From assembly GCA_023248495.1 (NCBI GenBank), contig JAHFEK010000005.1, forward strand, positions 6,560 to 70,559: DNA of 64,000 bases, given 5' to 3'. The number at the start of each line of letters is the position of its first letter. Positions within the stretch are counted from its first letter, which is position 1. Below the pieces are notes generated by a model that saw only the letters and a program-made list of their open reading frames with translations, made no database searches and was not told where the DNA came from. The stretch comes from Nitrospinales bacterium. Its GTDB lineage: Bacteria > Nitrospinota_A > UBA7883 > JACRGQ01. A program made the position numbers and the translations under genes. Of this stretch, positions 1 to 8,646 are shown piece after piece.

Positions 1-183
1 GGTCAAGCGCCCAAGGCGCGCGCGGCCATTTTTCCCAAGGGCCACTTACCCGGCTGGATAGCTTAGTCCTCCACCCCCACACTGCCAAAACCAACACGAA
101 ACACCGCGCCCCGTCCAGTGGGGATTGCCACGGCAGATTGAATTACCAATGCCGCCGTTCCGTGCGCGCTGACCGGTTTTTTT

Positions 184-273
184 TGGCGGAGAGGGGGAGA
201 TTTGAACTCCCGGTACAGTTTCCCGTACAACGGTTTTCGAGACCGTCGCCTTCAGCCGCTCGGCCACCTCTCC
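184..273 (-). tRNA. tRNA-Ser(CGA)
   Basis: Reverse complement GGAGAGGTGGCCGAGCGG...ACGGT CT-CGA-AA ACCGT, long variable arm, GTTCAAATC T-loop, CCTCTCC-G-CCA end. Confidence 0.96.
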
Positions 274-283
274 ACTAAAAAAA

Positions 284-361
284 TGGTGCGCCCGAGAGGA
301 TTTGAACCTCTGACTTTCAGAACCGCAATCTGACGTTCTATCCGGGCTGAACTACGGGCGC
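284..361 (-). tRNA. tRNA-Arg(GCG)
   Basis: Acceptor stem GCGCCCG/CGGGCGC-A-CCA; anticodon arm TCAGA TT-GCG-GT TCTGA; GGTTCAAATCC T-arm. Confidence 0.93.
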
Positions 362-392
362 ATAATGACCGGCTGCATTTCCGGAAGCGGTA

Positions 393-421
393 ATGATACA
401 TAAAACCGCCCTAAAGGGCAA
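393..421 (-). promoter_or_regulatory. Putative sigma70 promoter for the tRNA-Arg/tRNA-Ser pair
   Basis: TTGCCC-N17-TATCAT on the minus strand, about 30 nt upstream of tRNA-Arg. Confidence 0.5.
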
Positions 422-461
422 ATAATTCCGCATATAAAAAGGTTCCCGTTCGTATTAACAT

Positions 462-2147
462 ATGAAAATGAAATGTTTACCGGCAAAACCCGTATTCAAA
501 ATCCACCCCGGCAGGTGCGCGAACACTGCGCGAAAGGCATTAATTACCGTTGCGGTTTCACTGTTGCTCCTTGCCTGCGGCCAATCAGGCGGTTCATCGG
601 GAAATGGTACCGGGACGGGGACGGGAACTAACGCGGGAACGGGAACAGGAGGGGGATCATGTTATGCCGCGCCCTCGCACCAAGCGTCCAGCGATGGAAC
701 CACCGTTCTTTCAGGAACCGTTTATTACGAAGATCGCACCTATGATGCCACCGGCTTCACGGGCGTCGCCTGCCTGCCCGTGCGCAACGCCACCGTCGAT
801 CTGATGCGCAACTCCGTTGTGGCGCTTACGACCACCACCGACGCGGCCGGCGCGTATAGTTTCGCCATTCCCGCGGCGGGAACCTATTACGTCCGGACGC
901 TCGCCCAAAGCGGCACGGTCTATAACGCCGTGGTGAAAGACAATCGGGACAACTCCACCTACGCCGTCAAATCGATCAGTCTCGATATTGCGGCCAAAGA
1001 CGCGTGGACTGTCACTCTCTCCGCCGGAATGACCGGAGCCGGTCCGGCCTTTAATATTTACGACAACATCCTCAAGGCTCAGTCGGTTCTTCAAAAATAT
1101 GCCCCCAGCGCAACTCTGCCGGCCTTGACCGCTTACTGGTACGACGGCAAGACGACGGGTACCTATTATTCCAATGGAGCCGCGGGGCATACGCTGGATA
1201 TTCTCGGATCCCCCACCGATTCGGATGCCTATGACGACAGCGTAATCCTGCATGAGACGGGGCATTACGCCGCCGCGGTTTTCTCAAAAGACTCGTCTGG
1301 CGGCGGCGCGCACAGCCTGACGGGACATTACGACCTTCGCCTTACATGGTCCGAGGGATGGGCCAATTTCTTTTCAAGCCTGGTGAAAGCGGAGAAAGCG
1401 GAACCGAAGCCGTACGTGTACGTGGACACCAACGGCGGCACCGGCACCGGCAGCGCCACCCTCAACTTCACCTTTGAAATCGATACCCCCTCCTATGCCT
1501 CCCGCGCCACCGGCGCGGATAACGAGGTGGCGGTGGCGAACGTGCTTTGGACCATCTACACCGCCGGGGCCACGCCAAGGTTGGGGCTTGGTTTTGCCGA
1601 TATCTGGACCAATGTTACGGTTGGGCTTAAGACCGATACCTACGTAACCTTTGAAGGGTTTTACGATCATTGGGTCGCCACCGCGGGCCATCCCGCCGGG
1701 CAGCTCGATCCGTTGCTGACGGCCCGAAGCATCAAATATGCGGCCGATGCCTATGAGACGGACAGCAGCGCCGCCACCGCGCGCGCCATCGTTGCGGGCA
1801 CATCGGAAACTCATACGTTTTTCGGCGCGGGCGATACCGACTGGTTTAAAATCGCGGTAACCGGCGGCACGGCATACACGTTCGCCACCGGCGCGTTGGG
1901 AGACGGCTGCGATACGCTGATGACGCTTTATAATGCCGACGGAACAACGCAACTTGCCCAAAATGATGACGAGATCAGCGGCAAAGGGTCATCGAAAATC
2001 TCATGGACCGCGGACGCCACGAAAACGGTCTATCTGAAATTGGAACCGTACCGGCCGCTTATCAGCACCGACCTTGCGTATAGCACCTCGACATCATGGC
2101 CGCCGCAAATAGTGAAATACGGTTCCTACACGCTCACCGTTCAATGA
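462..2147 (+). CDS. Lipoprotein, putative zinc metallopeptidase with C-terminal pre-peptidase (PPC-like) domain
   Basis: Lipobox LLLAC, Gly/Thr linker, HExxH motif (ILHETGH) with downstream SEGWA, C-terminal DTDWFK..DTLMTLY..NDD motifs; exact start uncertain. Confidence 0.7.
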   Translation: MKMKCLPAKPVFKIHPGRCANTARKALITVAVSLLLLACGQSGGSSGNGTGTGTGTNAGTGTGGGSCYAAPSHQASSDGTTVLSGTVYYEDRTYDATGFTGVACLPVRNATVDLMRNSVVALTTTTDAAGAYSFAIPAAGTYYVRTLAQSGTVYNAVVKDNRDNSTYAVKSISLDIAAKDAWTVTLSAGMTGAGPAFNIYDNILKAQSVLQKYAPSATLPALTAYWYDGKTTGTYYSNGAAGHTLDILGSPTDSDAYDDSVILHETGHYAAAVFSKDSSGGGAHSLTGHYDLRLTWSEGWANFFSSLVKAEKAEPKPYVYVDTNGGTGTGSATLNFTFEIDTPSYASRATGADNEVAVANVLWTIYTAGATPRLGLGFADIWTNVTVGLKTDTYVTFEGFYDHWVATAGHPAGQLDPLLTARSIKYAADAYETDSSAATARAIVAGTSETHTFFGAGDTDWFKIAVTGGTAYTFATGALGDGCDTLMTLYNADGTTQLAQNDDEISGKGSSKISWTADATKTVYLKLEPYRPLISTDLAYSTSTSWPPQIVKYGSYTLTVQ

Positions 2148-2450
2148 TCAGTTGAATCGGCCGCCGAAACCGCCCCCAGGATAGCTGAAGCCGCCGCCTG
2201 CCGCGCCGGCGCCCATCCGGCTGGCGATGAGCATCAACAACATCGGCACCGCCACCAAAACCAGCCGCATCAGAAAAATAAGGGCAAGACCGGCGGCGAG
2301 ACAGAGGGTGGAGGTTCCCAGCACCAGAACCTGAAACAGCAGGCCATATTGCGGCGCGGCCAGCAATGTGACGTGCATATAAAATCCCAATGCGGCCAGC
2401 ATGGCCAGCGCGATGCCCGCCATGCGCATAAATCCCAGAATGACGCCCAT
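2148..2450 (-). CDS. Small hydrophobic membrane protein, unknown function
   Basis: 100-aa ORF with AAGGAG RBS, 2-3 hydrophobic segments and a Gly-rich tail. Confidence 0.55.
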   Translation of the reverse strand: MGVILGFMRMAGIALAMLAALGFYMHVTLLAAPQYGLLFQVLVLGTSTLCLAAGLALIFLMRLVLVAVPMLLMLIASRMGAGAAGGGFSYPGGGFGGRFN

Positions 2451-2599
2451 GATGTTCTCCTTGCCTTTCCGGTTATTTTGCCCTCCTTGGGCATCTTCAG
2501 GGCCGGTAGCGCTCCCTTGAACGAGACTATCCTCCGGTTCATTCTACACCGCGCCGTCATCAAGAAAGGGATACCGGGAAAACCGGAGGCAGACCGGGG

Positions 2600-2628
2600 T
2601 TGACCTTTCCCCCGCTTTACGTTACTTT
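2600..2628 (+). promoter_or_regulatory. Putative sigma70 promoter of fabI
   Basis: TTGACC-N17-TACTTT upstream of an AAGGAG RBS. Confidence 0.45.
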
Positions 2629-2655
2629 TGCGTTTGGCTCAAAAAGGAGACATCA

Positions 2656-3468
2656 ATGACCTATCCGTTATCGTTGCAAGGAAAGAACGCCCTCATCTTC
2701 GGCGTGGCCAACGAACGCAGCATCGCCTGGGGCATCGCGGAGGAGCTGCACCGCGCGGGAGCCAACCTCGCCTTCACCTACGCCGGCGAGATACTGGAAA
2801 AACGGGTTCGGCCGTTGGCGGAATCCGTCGGCTCGAAATTCGTCGAGCCATGCGACGTCACCAGCGATGAACAGATCGAAAAGGTTATGGCCGACTACAA
2901 GGAAAAATTCGGCCGCCTCGATATCCTCATTCACGCCATCGCCTTCGCCGACCGCGAAGATTTAAAAGGTCACTTCTACACGACCAGCCGCAAGGGACTC
3001 GCCATGGCGATGGACATCTCGGTCTACTCGCTGGTGGCGCTCACACGGGCGGCCCTGCCGCTAATGGAGGGAAGCGAAGGAAGCATTCTGACGCTCACCT
3101 ACCACGGCGCGGATAAAGTGGTGAAAAAGTACAATGTCATGGGAGTGGCGAAGGCGGCGCTGGAATGCTCCGTCCGGTACCTCGCCGACGACCTCGGCCC
3201 CAAGGGAATACGGGTGAACGCCATCTCCGCCGGGCCGATCAAAACACTGGCGGCCAGCGGTATCGGCGATTTCCGCGCCATGCTGAAACATCACGCGCGA
3301 ACCGCCCCGTTGCGCCGCAACGTGACGCAGGAAGAGGTGGGGAAAGCCGCGCTATACCTCTGCTCGCCGCTGGCATCGGGTGTCACCGGTGAAATTATGT
3401 ACGTGGACTGCGGCTACAACATCATGAGTGTCACCCCCGTTGAAGAAGAAGCAAAAACGGAGCAATAA
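2656..3468 (+). CDS. fabI: Enoyl-ACP reductase (NADH)
   Basis: [41 protein letters not shown] motifs. Confidence 0.96.
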   Translation: MTYPLSLQGKNALIFGVANERSIAWGIAEELHRAGANLAFTYAGEILEKRVRPLAESVGSKFVEPCDVTSDEQIEKVMADYKEKFGRLDILIHAIAFADREDLKGHFYTTSRKGLAMAMDISVYSLVALTRAALPLMEGSEGSILTLTYHGADKVVKKYNVMGVAKAALECSVRYLADDLGPKGIRVNAISAGPIKTLAASGIGDFRAMLKHHARTAPLRRNVTQEEVGKAALYLCSPLASGVTGEIMYVDCGYNIMSVTPVEEEAKTEQ

Positions 3469-3469
3469 C

Positions 3470-4174
3470 ATCAAAACGCTTATAAGCATCATCGATGCCG
3501 GGGAAGTAAAAGAGCTGCCGCGTATGCCGGATTTTCTCGATCTGAAAGACCCCCATAACGGATCGCTGGGTATGCCCGCGCTGGTCACCATAGAAGCGGT
3601 GCGCGCGGCGGCGGGAGACGCCGTCACCCTTTCCACCGCTATCGGCGATGCGGAATATGAACCTGAATTTTACGCCAACCGCGCGGTGGACGCGGCGCTG
3701 GCCGGGGCCGATATCGTGAAGGTCGGCCTTAAAAATGTCTCGGCGGAACAGGCGCCGTGGTTCCTTGCGGCCATCCGCCGCTCGCTGGACGCGCGCGCGC
3801 CCTACACCCGCATCGTCGCTGGCTTCTACGCCGACTTGATGGACGAAGCCTCGCTCAAGAAATTTCCCGCCGCCGCGCAAAACGCCGGCGTGTGGGGTTG
3901 CCTTATCGATACCTACGATAAAAGCGGCAATCGGCTGGGACACTATTGCGGACCGGAAACGCTGGCCGGATTCACCGCCGACTGCCGCGCGCGGGGCCTG
4001 AAAAGCGCGTTGGCCGGCGGCCTGGTGGAAGGCGACCTGGTCTGGCTGGACGAAGCGGATCCGGACATCGTCGGCTTCCGCTCCGCCGTGGCCCGGGGGG
4101 CGCGGGGCGCATCCGGTATCGACCCGAAAAAAGTTACCGACATCTTTTTCGCCGTCGATCAGCTTAACCGCTGA
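3470..4174 (+). CDS. MfnB/DUF556-like protein ((5-formylfuran-3-yl)methyl phosphate synthase family)
   Basis: DLKDPHNGSLG, STAIGD, GADIVKVGL, DTYDKSG, ALAGGL, DIVGFRSA motifs; start either ATC at 3470 (good RBS) or GTG at 3428. Confidence 0.8.
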   Translation: MKTLISIIDAGEVKELPRMPDFLDLKDPHNGSLGMPALVTIEAVRAAAGDAVTLSTAIGDAEYEPEFYANRAVDAALAGADIVKVGLKNVSAEQAPWFLAAIRRSLDARAPYTRIVAGFYADLMDEASLKKFPAAAQNAGVWGCLIDTYDKSGNRLGHYCGPETLAGFTADCRARGLKSALAGGLVEGDLVWLDEADPDIVGFRSAVARGARGASGIDPKKVTDIFFAVDQLNR

Positions 4175-4303
4175 TTACTGATACATCTAACCAAATATTC
4201 AACCCTACTGAGCAAGGTTTTTTTTTCCGACTAGGGAAGGTGCAGCGATTTCCTCGTTAAAATAAGAATCCCGTCAAACCGATTTGCAGAGATTTAGAGC
4301 CAG

Positions 4304-5067
4304 CTACTCAAGAAGATTTTTTTCGCGGGTTGATTCGTAGAGGGAGGGAATATTTTTAGAGTGGATACGGAACTGGCTCCGCTTTTTGGCCTTCGGTTTT
4401 GTGGAGATATTTTCCAACTTGATGCCCGGATCATAGTAAACGCTGCCATTTGCGATGGCCTTAAGTAGGCGAAGAAAGTCGGTGCCCTTGCATAGCCGGA
4501 CAACATTTCCATAGCTGTATTTCAGTTCCGGTTTGTTCTCTTTCATTGAGGGAATATAAACGGCTTGAGCATGCTTCTTATTCCAGTGGGTTATTAATCC
4601 GCTGAAATCCCATAATGCCGCTACCTTGTCTTTAGAGGTTAGCAGCGCAATTCCACCAGAGGCATCTTTGATTTTTCCTTTCTCCGCATCATATCCCGAC
4701 AGGGTAAGCATGAGGCCGGTACTTTTCTGCCGCTCTCCAAATTTATGGATACCGCCAAAGTTCAACCGGTCAGGTTTGCCGTTTTTATCCGGGTACCCAT
4801 ATTTCCTGATGAACTCGACAACCCCTATTTCTTTATAAACGCCACCTCTTGGTTCTGGCGTCATGAGGGTAATCACACCTGATTTGAATTTATCAAAGGC
4901 GAAAACAGCATGTTGCTTAACTTCCCATCCAAGGTAATCCGGATCAGAATAGCCATTTGCTGTAATACCCAGTTCGGCCTCAAGGGTATAACCCCCACAG
5001 TTGGTTGTGTTGCAGGAGCCAAGCTTTCCACTTTTAGGCAGTTTTTGGATTTAATCCAACCTTCCAT
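4304..5067 (-). pseudogene. MvaI/BcnI-family restriction endonuclease, frameshifted
   Basis: MEGWIKSK continues after a frame change at the A5 run (T5 at 5042-5046 on +) into CGGYTLEAELGI..NG..DPDYLGWEVKQ..ITLMTPEP..KYGY..KKH..RSQFRI. Confidence 0.8.
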
Positions 5068-5843
5068 TATGGTCGAAAAATTGTCTCACGATGGTACCTT
5101 ATCGCAACTTTATCCGGTGAAAACTTCTTCGGCAAATTTACCATTATTCCCTCTATTTCTATTAATCCAATTCGATGGAGGGGTTGCGGTAATGCGGTTT
5201 TTAATTGGCTTGAAACCAAAATTTTAAAGGAATTATCGATAGCAATGTAACCTCGATCAAATGCACGGTCATGTAGTGCACAAAGAGAAATTCCATTTGT
5301 TGGGTCTGCCCTTCGATCGACCTTTTGACTCCAAGGGATAATATGACTTGCTATCAATAGCTCTCTGATTGGAAGCTGACAGAGAGCGCACTGTGAGCCA
5401 TAAGAAGCGAGAACAGTTTCTCTAAAAAAACTTTGAACTAATCGAACCTTTACTGAACGAACTTCCTCCGTTCTTAATGACAAACTATCTAAATTTACGT
5501 CTGGTAGCGATTTCTGGTCTGATTCCTTTCCAGTTATTGCTAAAAAGGCTTTCTGGCTTTCAAATGCAAGCCTACTCCAATCGGAATTGAATTCATCCCA
5601 TATTTTAAGGTCTTCTTTGCTCGCGTTGGCAAGTCCTTTAATGTTTCGTGCTTTTTGGACAGGATCCAAACTGGCAAAATTTACCAACTTCATTGCAATT
5701 GAGCTGGGTGTTCGGCCAAGTTTTAAAGCCAAAAATTTAATATCCGGATTTGCTTTGTGAAGACGACCAAAAGGCGTTCGACAGTAAAGATTGAATGCCA
5801 CGATTAATTCATCGTGGCTCCATCTTATTCTTTCATTCGTCAT
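5067..5843 (-). CDS. HNH endonuclease (putative restriction endonuclease)
   Basis: CALC..IASHIIPW..NGISLCALHDRAFDRG HNH_2-type motif; N-terminal domain with AFNLYC..PFG..GRTPSS.AMKL.NFASLDP. Confidence 0.88.
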   Translation of the reverse strand: MTNERIRWSHDELIVAFNLYCRTPFGRLHKANPDIKFLALKLGRTPSSIAMKLVNFASLDPVQKARNIKGLANASKEDLKIWDEFNSDWSRLAFESQKAFLAITGKESDQKSLPDVNLDSLSLRTEEVRSVKVRLVQSFFRETVLASYGSQCALCQLPIRELLIASHIIPWSQKVDRRADPTNGISLCALHDRAFDRGYIAIDNSFKILVSSQLKTALPQPLHRIGLIEIEGIMVNLPKKFSPDKVAIRYHRETIFRP

Positions 5844-5899
5844 TGGTTTTGAAAAACTCTCGAGATGATTTGATGACCAAAGTCCAACACTCCAAATAG

Positions 5900-6190
5900 C
5901 TATCGGAGAACTACTAATCCATCAGCTTCAACTTTTTTTGCCCATGAGTTATTCCTCATAAAAACGGTTCCATAAACCCTAAGTACCCCTGAAATATGGA
6001 CGTTAATTAATATGGCGGTACAAGAAATCCCAACATCCCCAGCAAGGTTTTCGTCCATTAGCAAAAAGGTTGTTTCCTCAGCACAGTCATAGTAAATATC
6101 ACTTGCATCTTCAATAGTTTTAAAATCTTTAATAAACCGTCTAAAAATCAATTTGCCCTTCCAAATATTTTTTATTGCGCTTTTTAGATT
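5900..6190 (-). pseudogene. 3' fragment of an unidentified low-GC gene
   Basis: Frame stays open from the methylase truncation point (DNLKSAIKNIWKGKLIFRRF...) to a stop at 5900; no convincing start or RBS. Confidence 0.35.
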
Positions 6191-6633
6191 ATCGAGAACG
6201 GCTGGCAGGGAAAACCGGCCAACAGCACATCATGGTCAGGAATAAGCTGAATAGGCACTTTTGTTATATCGCCCACAATGGGATGATCATCATTAAAGTT
6301 TGCCCGGTAAGTTTCATTTGCCCGCTCATCCCATTCGCTGGTAAAGAGGCAATCCCCGCCTTGGGACTCGAAACCCAACCGAAAACCACCTATCCCGGCA
6401 AAAAGGTCTATAAAGGTGAAATCTCCTTGCGGCTTAAAAGCGGATAAATTAAGCGGCAAAAGAAGCTGTTGAAGCAACCGCCGGGCATAAGGCGGGGGAA
6501 TACATTCCCCAATTTCCCACCGCTGGATGGTTCTTGCATCCACCCCAAAATAATTAGCGACCTCTTTCTGTGAATAGATGGCATTCACTTCCAAGAGAAG
6601 ATTACCAAAAGAAACTCTCTTATTCATCTTCAT
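6184..6633 (-). pseudogene. HTH-fused C5-cytosine DNA methyltransferase (SsoII-like architecture), truncated after motif IV
   Basis: N-terminal HTH (SQKEVANYFGVDARTIQRWE), motif I FIDLFAGIGG, motif IV AGFPCQPFS, then stop; motifs VI-X absent. Confidence 0.88.
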
Positions 6634-6774
6634 CGCCCCCACAATCCAGGAATATATACGGACAATATGGCAGAAATAGCTCCCTTATTCAACGACCAAG
6701 ATGACTGACTTTCAATGGCCCTTTCAAAGATGGACTTATTCCTTTCAGCCATTTACATATTGCTTACCTACCGA

Positions 6775-8646
6775 TTACTTCGCCCAGCGGTTGGAGCGGA
6801 GGAGGCTGAAGGTGATCTGGTTCTCGGCCAATAATTCCTTTTCCAGTCCGTCGAAATAGCCTTGTGGGGCTGCCCCCTCAAAGTAGCCGGTTTCCAGCCG
6901 GTCGCTCAGTGAATGCGTCAAGTAGCCTTTGTCGGTGATAATGCCGACAACCTCCCCCTCGCTGCAGAAGGCGCGTTGCCGCGTTTTGCGGAAGAGCGAA
7001 TCTCCCATCGCCGAAAAAGAATCGTCGAAACCGAGCAGATCGATGATGGTCGGCAACATGTCGAGCTGGCTGCCGACGGTATCCACCGCCTTCGGCTCCT
7101 TGAAGATGCCCGGCGCGTAAATAACCAGCGGCGTGTGAAACTTTTCACGGTATCCCCCGCTCCCGTTGCCGTAGTGCACCTGCGCGTGATCGGCGGTAAA
7201 AATGAAAATGGTTTTGGCGAACCACGGCTCTTTCTCCGCCGCCTTCATAAATTCGCCGATACTCCAATCGGAGTAATACAGGGTGTTTAAAAAGCCGTCT
7301 TCGCTTGAGGTGTCGGCGGGTTTTATTTCCCACTGTTTGCCCAGCGGCGGATAAGGGGTGTGCGTGGTGCCGGTGAAGAGATACGCGATGAACGGCCTTT
7401 TCGCCTTGTCGATCCGCGCTTTTAAAAACAGCAGTGTTTCGTAATCCCAGCCGAATACGCTGGCGCTATAGTCGGGGTAGTTCAAGAGCCTGGGGTAATC
7501 CTCCATGCCGTAGTAATCGGCGAATCCGGTGGCGCCCGCTATGGCATTGACCATGAACGAACGGCGGCGGGATGCTTGCAGGAAAATGGTCTCATAACCG
7601 TGGCGGCCGGCGATGGCGCCGAGCTTGGAAATGTTGGAGACCTCCAGCCCAAAGCCGAGCGCCGGGATGCCGTTCACCGGGGCGACGCCGGTGATGGTTG
7701 CCTGTATGCCAGTGATGCTGCGTTGGCCGGCAGCGTAAAAATTGGCGAACTTCAACCCGCGCGCCGCAAGCCGATCGAAGTTGGGCGTGACCCCATAGCC
7801 GTTATGGCCGAAGGAATCGACATATTTCACCCCCCAGCTTTCCATCAGGATAAAGACGATGTTGTAACCGGTGGACGTGGCGGCGTAGTTTTTTTGCATC
7901 GGGTAATCGCCCTCGGGCATGTTGAGCGCCGCAGCCGCCACTTTCAGCGGCATGAGCCGCAGATTGGCGGAATCGGCGTGGAGGGCGGAATGGTAAGCGG
8001 TGAACGCGCCATTGAGCATGAGGTTTCCCATGGCCGTATTGCCGCGCGAAAAGGCATCGATGGTGCCAAACGGTTTATCGGTTACGCTGCCGCGGATGCC
8101 GAGGAACAGGAAAATGACCAACAACAAAAAATTGAGCGCCGCGCTTTTGGGTAGCGTTTCGGGCTGACGGATTATTTTTTTCCAGAGCGCCCCCAGCGCC
8201 GCCGCGAAAAAGATAAATAAAACCAACTGCGGCAGGTAGACGCCGAATGCCATGTCGAACAGGTAGTGGACGTCGTTGCCCAGCATCAGCAGTTCGGTGG
8301 CCGTGTGGCGATGCACCTCGCCGAAGAAAGCGGTATCCCCCGCCAGCAACAGCGCCCCGGCCAGCAGAATGGCATACGCCGTCCATCCCCACGCCGTTGT
8401 CCAACGTCCGCCACGAAAAAACGCGCCCGGCAGATTCATCATCACGAACGGAAGGGAAAGAAAAGTGAGGGAGATGGAAAGATCAAACCGGACGCCAGCG
8501 GCAAAGCCGAAAAGTGTTTGCGCCGCTGACAGCTCGGCAAAATAGGGGCGGTGGACCAGAAACAGCCCAAGCCGTGAAAGCGAAAATACCGCTAGCGCGG
8601 CTCCAATGAAAAGACCCGTTTTTTGCATCCGGCTCATGTCAGGCAC
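6775..8646 (-). CDS. LTA synthase / phosphoglycerol transferase-like sulfatase-fold membrane protein
   Basis: About 5 N-terminal TM segments; NIVFILMESW, TPNFD, TTHTPY, YSDWSIGEF, TADH, GSQLD motifs. Confidence 0.88.
   Translation of the reverse strand: MPDMSRMQKTGLFIGAALAVFSLSRLGLFLVHRPYFAELSAAQTLFGFAAGVRFDLSISLTFLSLPFVMMNLPGAFFRGGRWTTAWGWTAYAILLAGALLLAGDTAFFGEVHRHTATELLMLGNDVHYLFDMAFGVYLPQLVLFIFFAAALGALWKKIIRQPETLPKSAALNFLLLVIFLFLGIRGSVTDKPFGTIDAFSRGNTAMGNLMLNGAFTAYHSALHADSANLRLMPLKVAAAALNMPEGDYPMQKNYAATSTGYNIVFILMESWGVKYVDSFGHNGYGVTPNFDRLAARGLKFANFYAAGQRSITGIQATITGVAPVNGIPALGFGLEVSNISKLGAIAGRHGYETIFLQASRRRSFMVNAIAGATGFADYYGMEDYPRLLNYPDYSASVFGWDYETLLFLKARIDKAKRPFIAYLFTGTTHTPYPPLGKQWEIKPADTSSEDGFLNTLYYSDWSIGEFMKAAEKEPWFAKTIFIFTADHAQVHYGNGSGGYREKFHTPLVIYAPGIFKEPKAVDTVGSQLDMLPTIIDLLGFDDSFSAMGDSLFRKTRQRAFCSEGEVVGIITDKGYLTHSLSDRLETGYFEGAAPQGYFDGLEKELLAENQITFSLLRSNRWAK

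Larger units (their letters stand above)
4173..6779. mobile_element. Low-GC restriction-modification island bounded by GATTACT direct repeats
   Basis: GATTACT at 4173-4179 and 6773-6779; GC of 5401-5460 counted as 20/60 against GC-rich flanks; R-M gene content; no integrase or transposase inside. Confidence 0.75.

Noticed and set aside
1..183. Possible SRP or other ncRNA downstream of tRNA-Ser
   Set aside because: No SRP domain IV signature visible; only weak hairpins, and the region is cut by the window edge.
46..267. 73-aa ORF, plus ORFs over 11363-11566 and 22581-22933
   Set aside because: They are translations of tRNA genes.
606..655. GGNACN short tandem repeats
   Set aside because: They encode the Gly-Thr linker; codons are degenerate, so this is not a phase-variable repeat.
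4873..5067. 64-aa ORF as a separate gene
   Set aside because: It is the out-of-frame start of the MvaI/BcnI gene.
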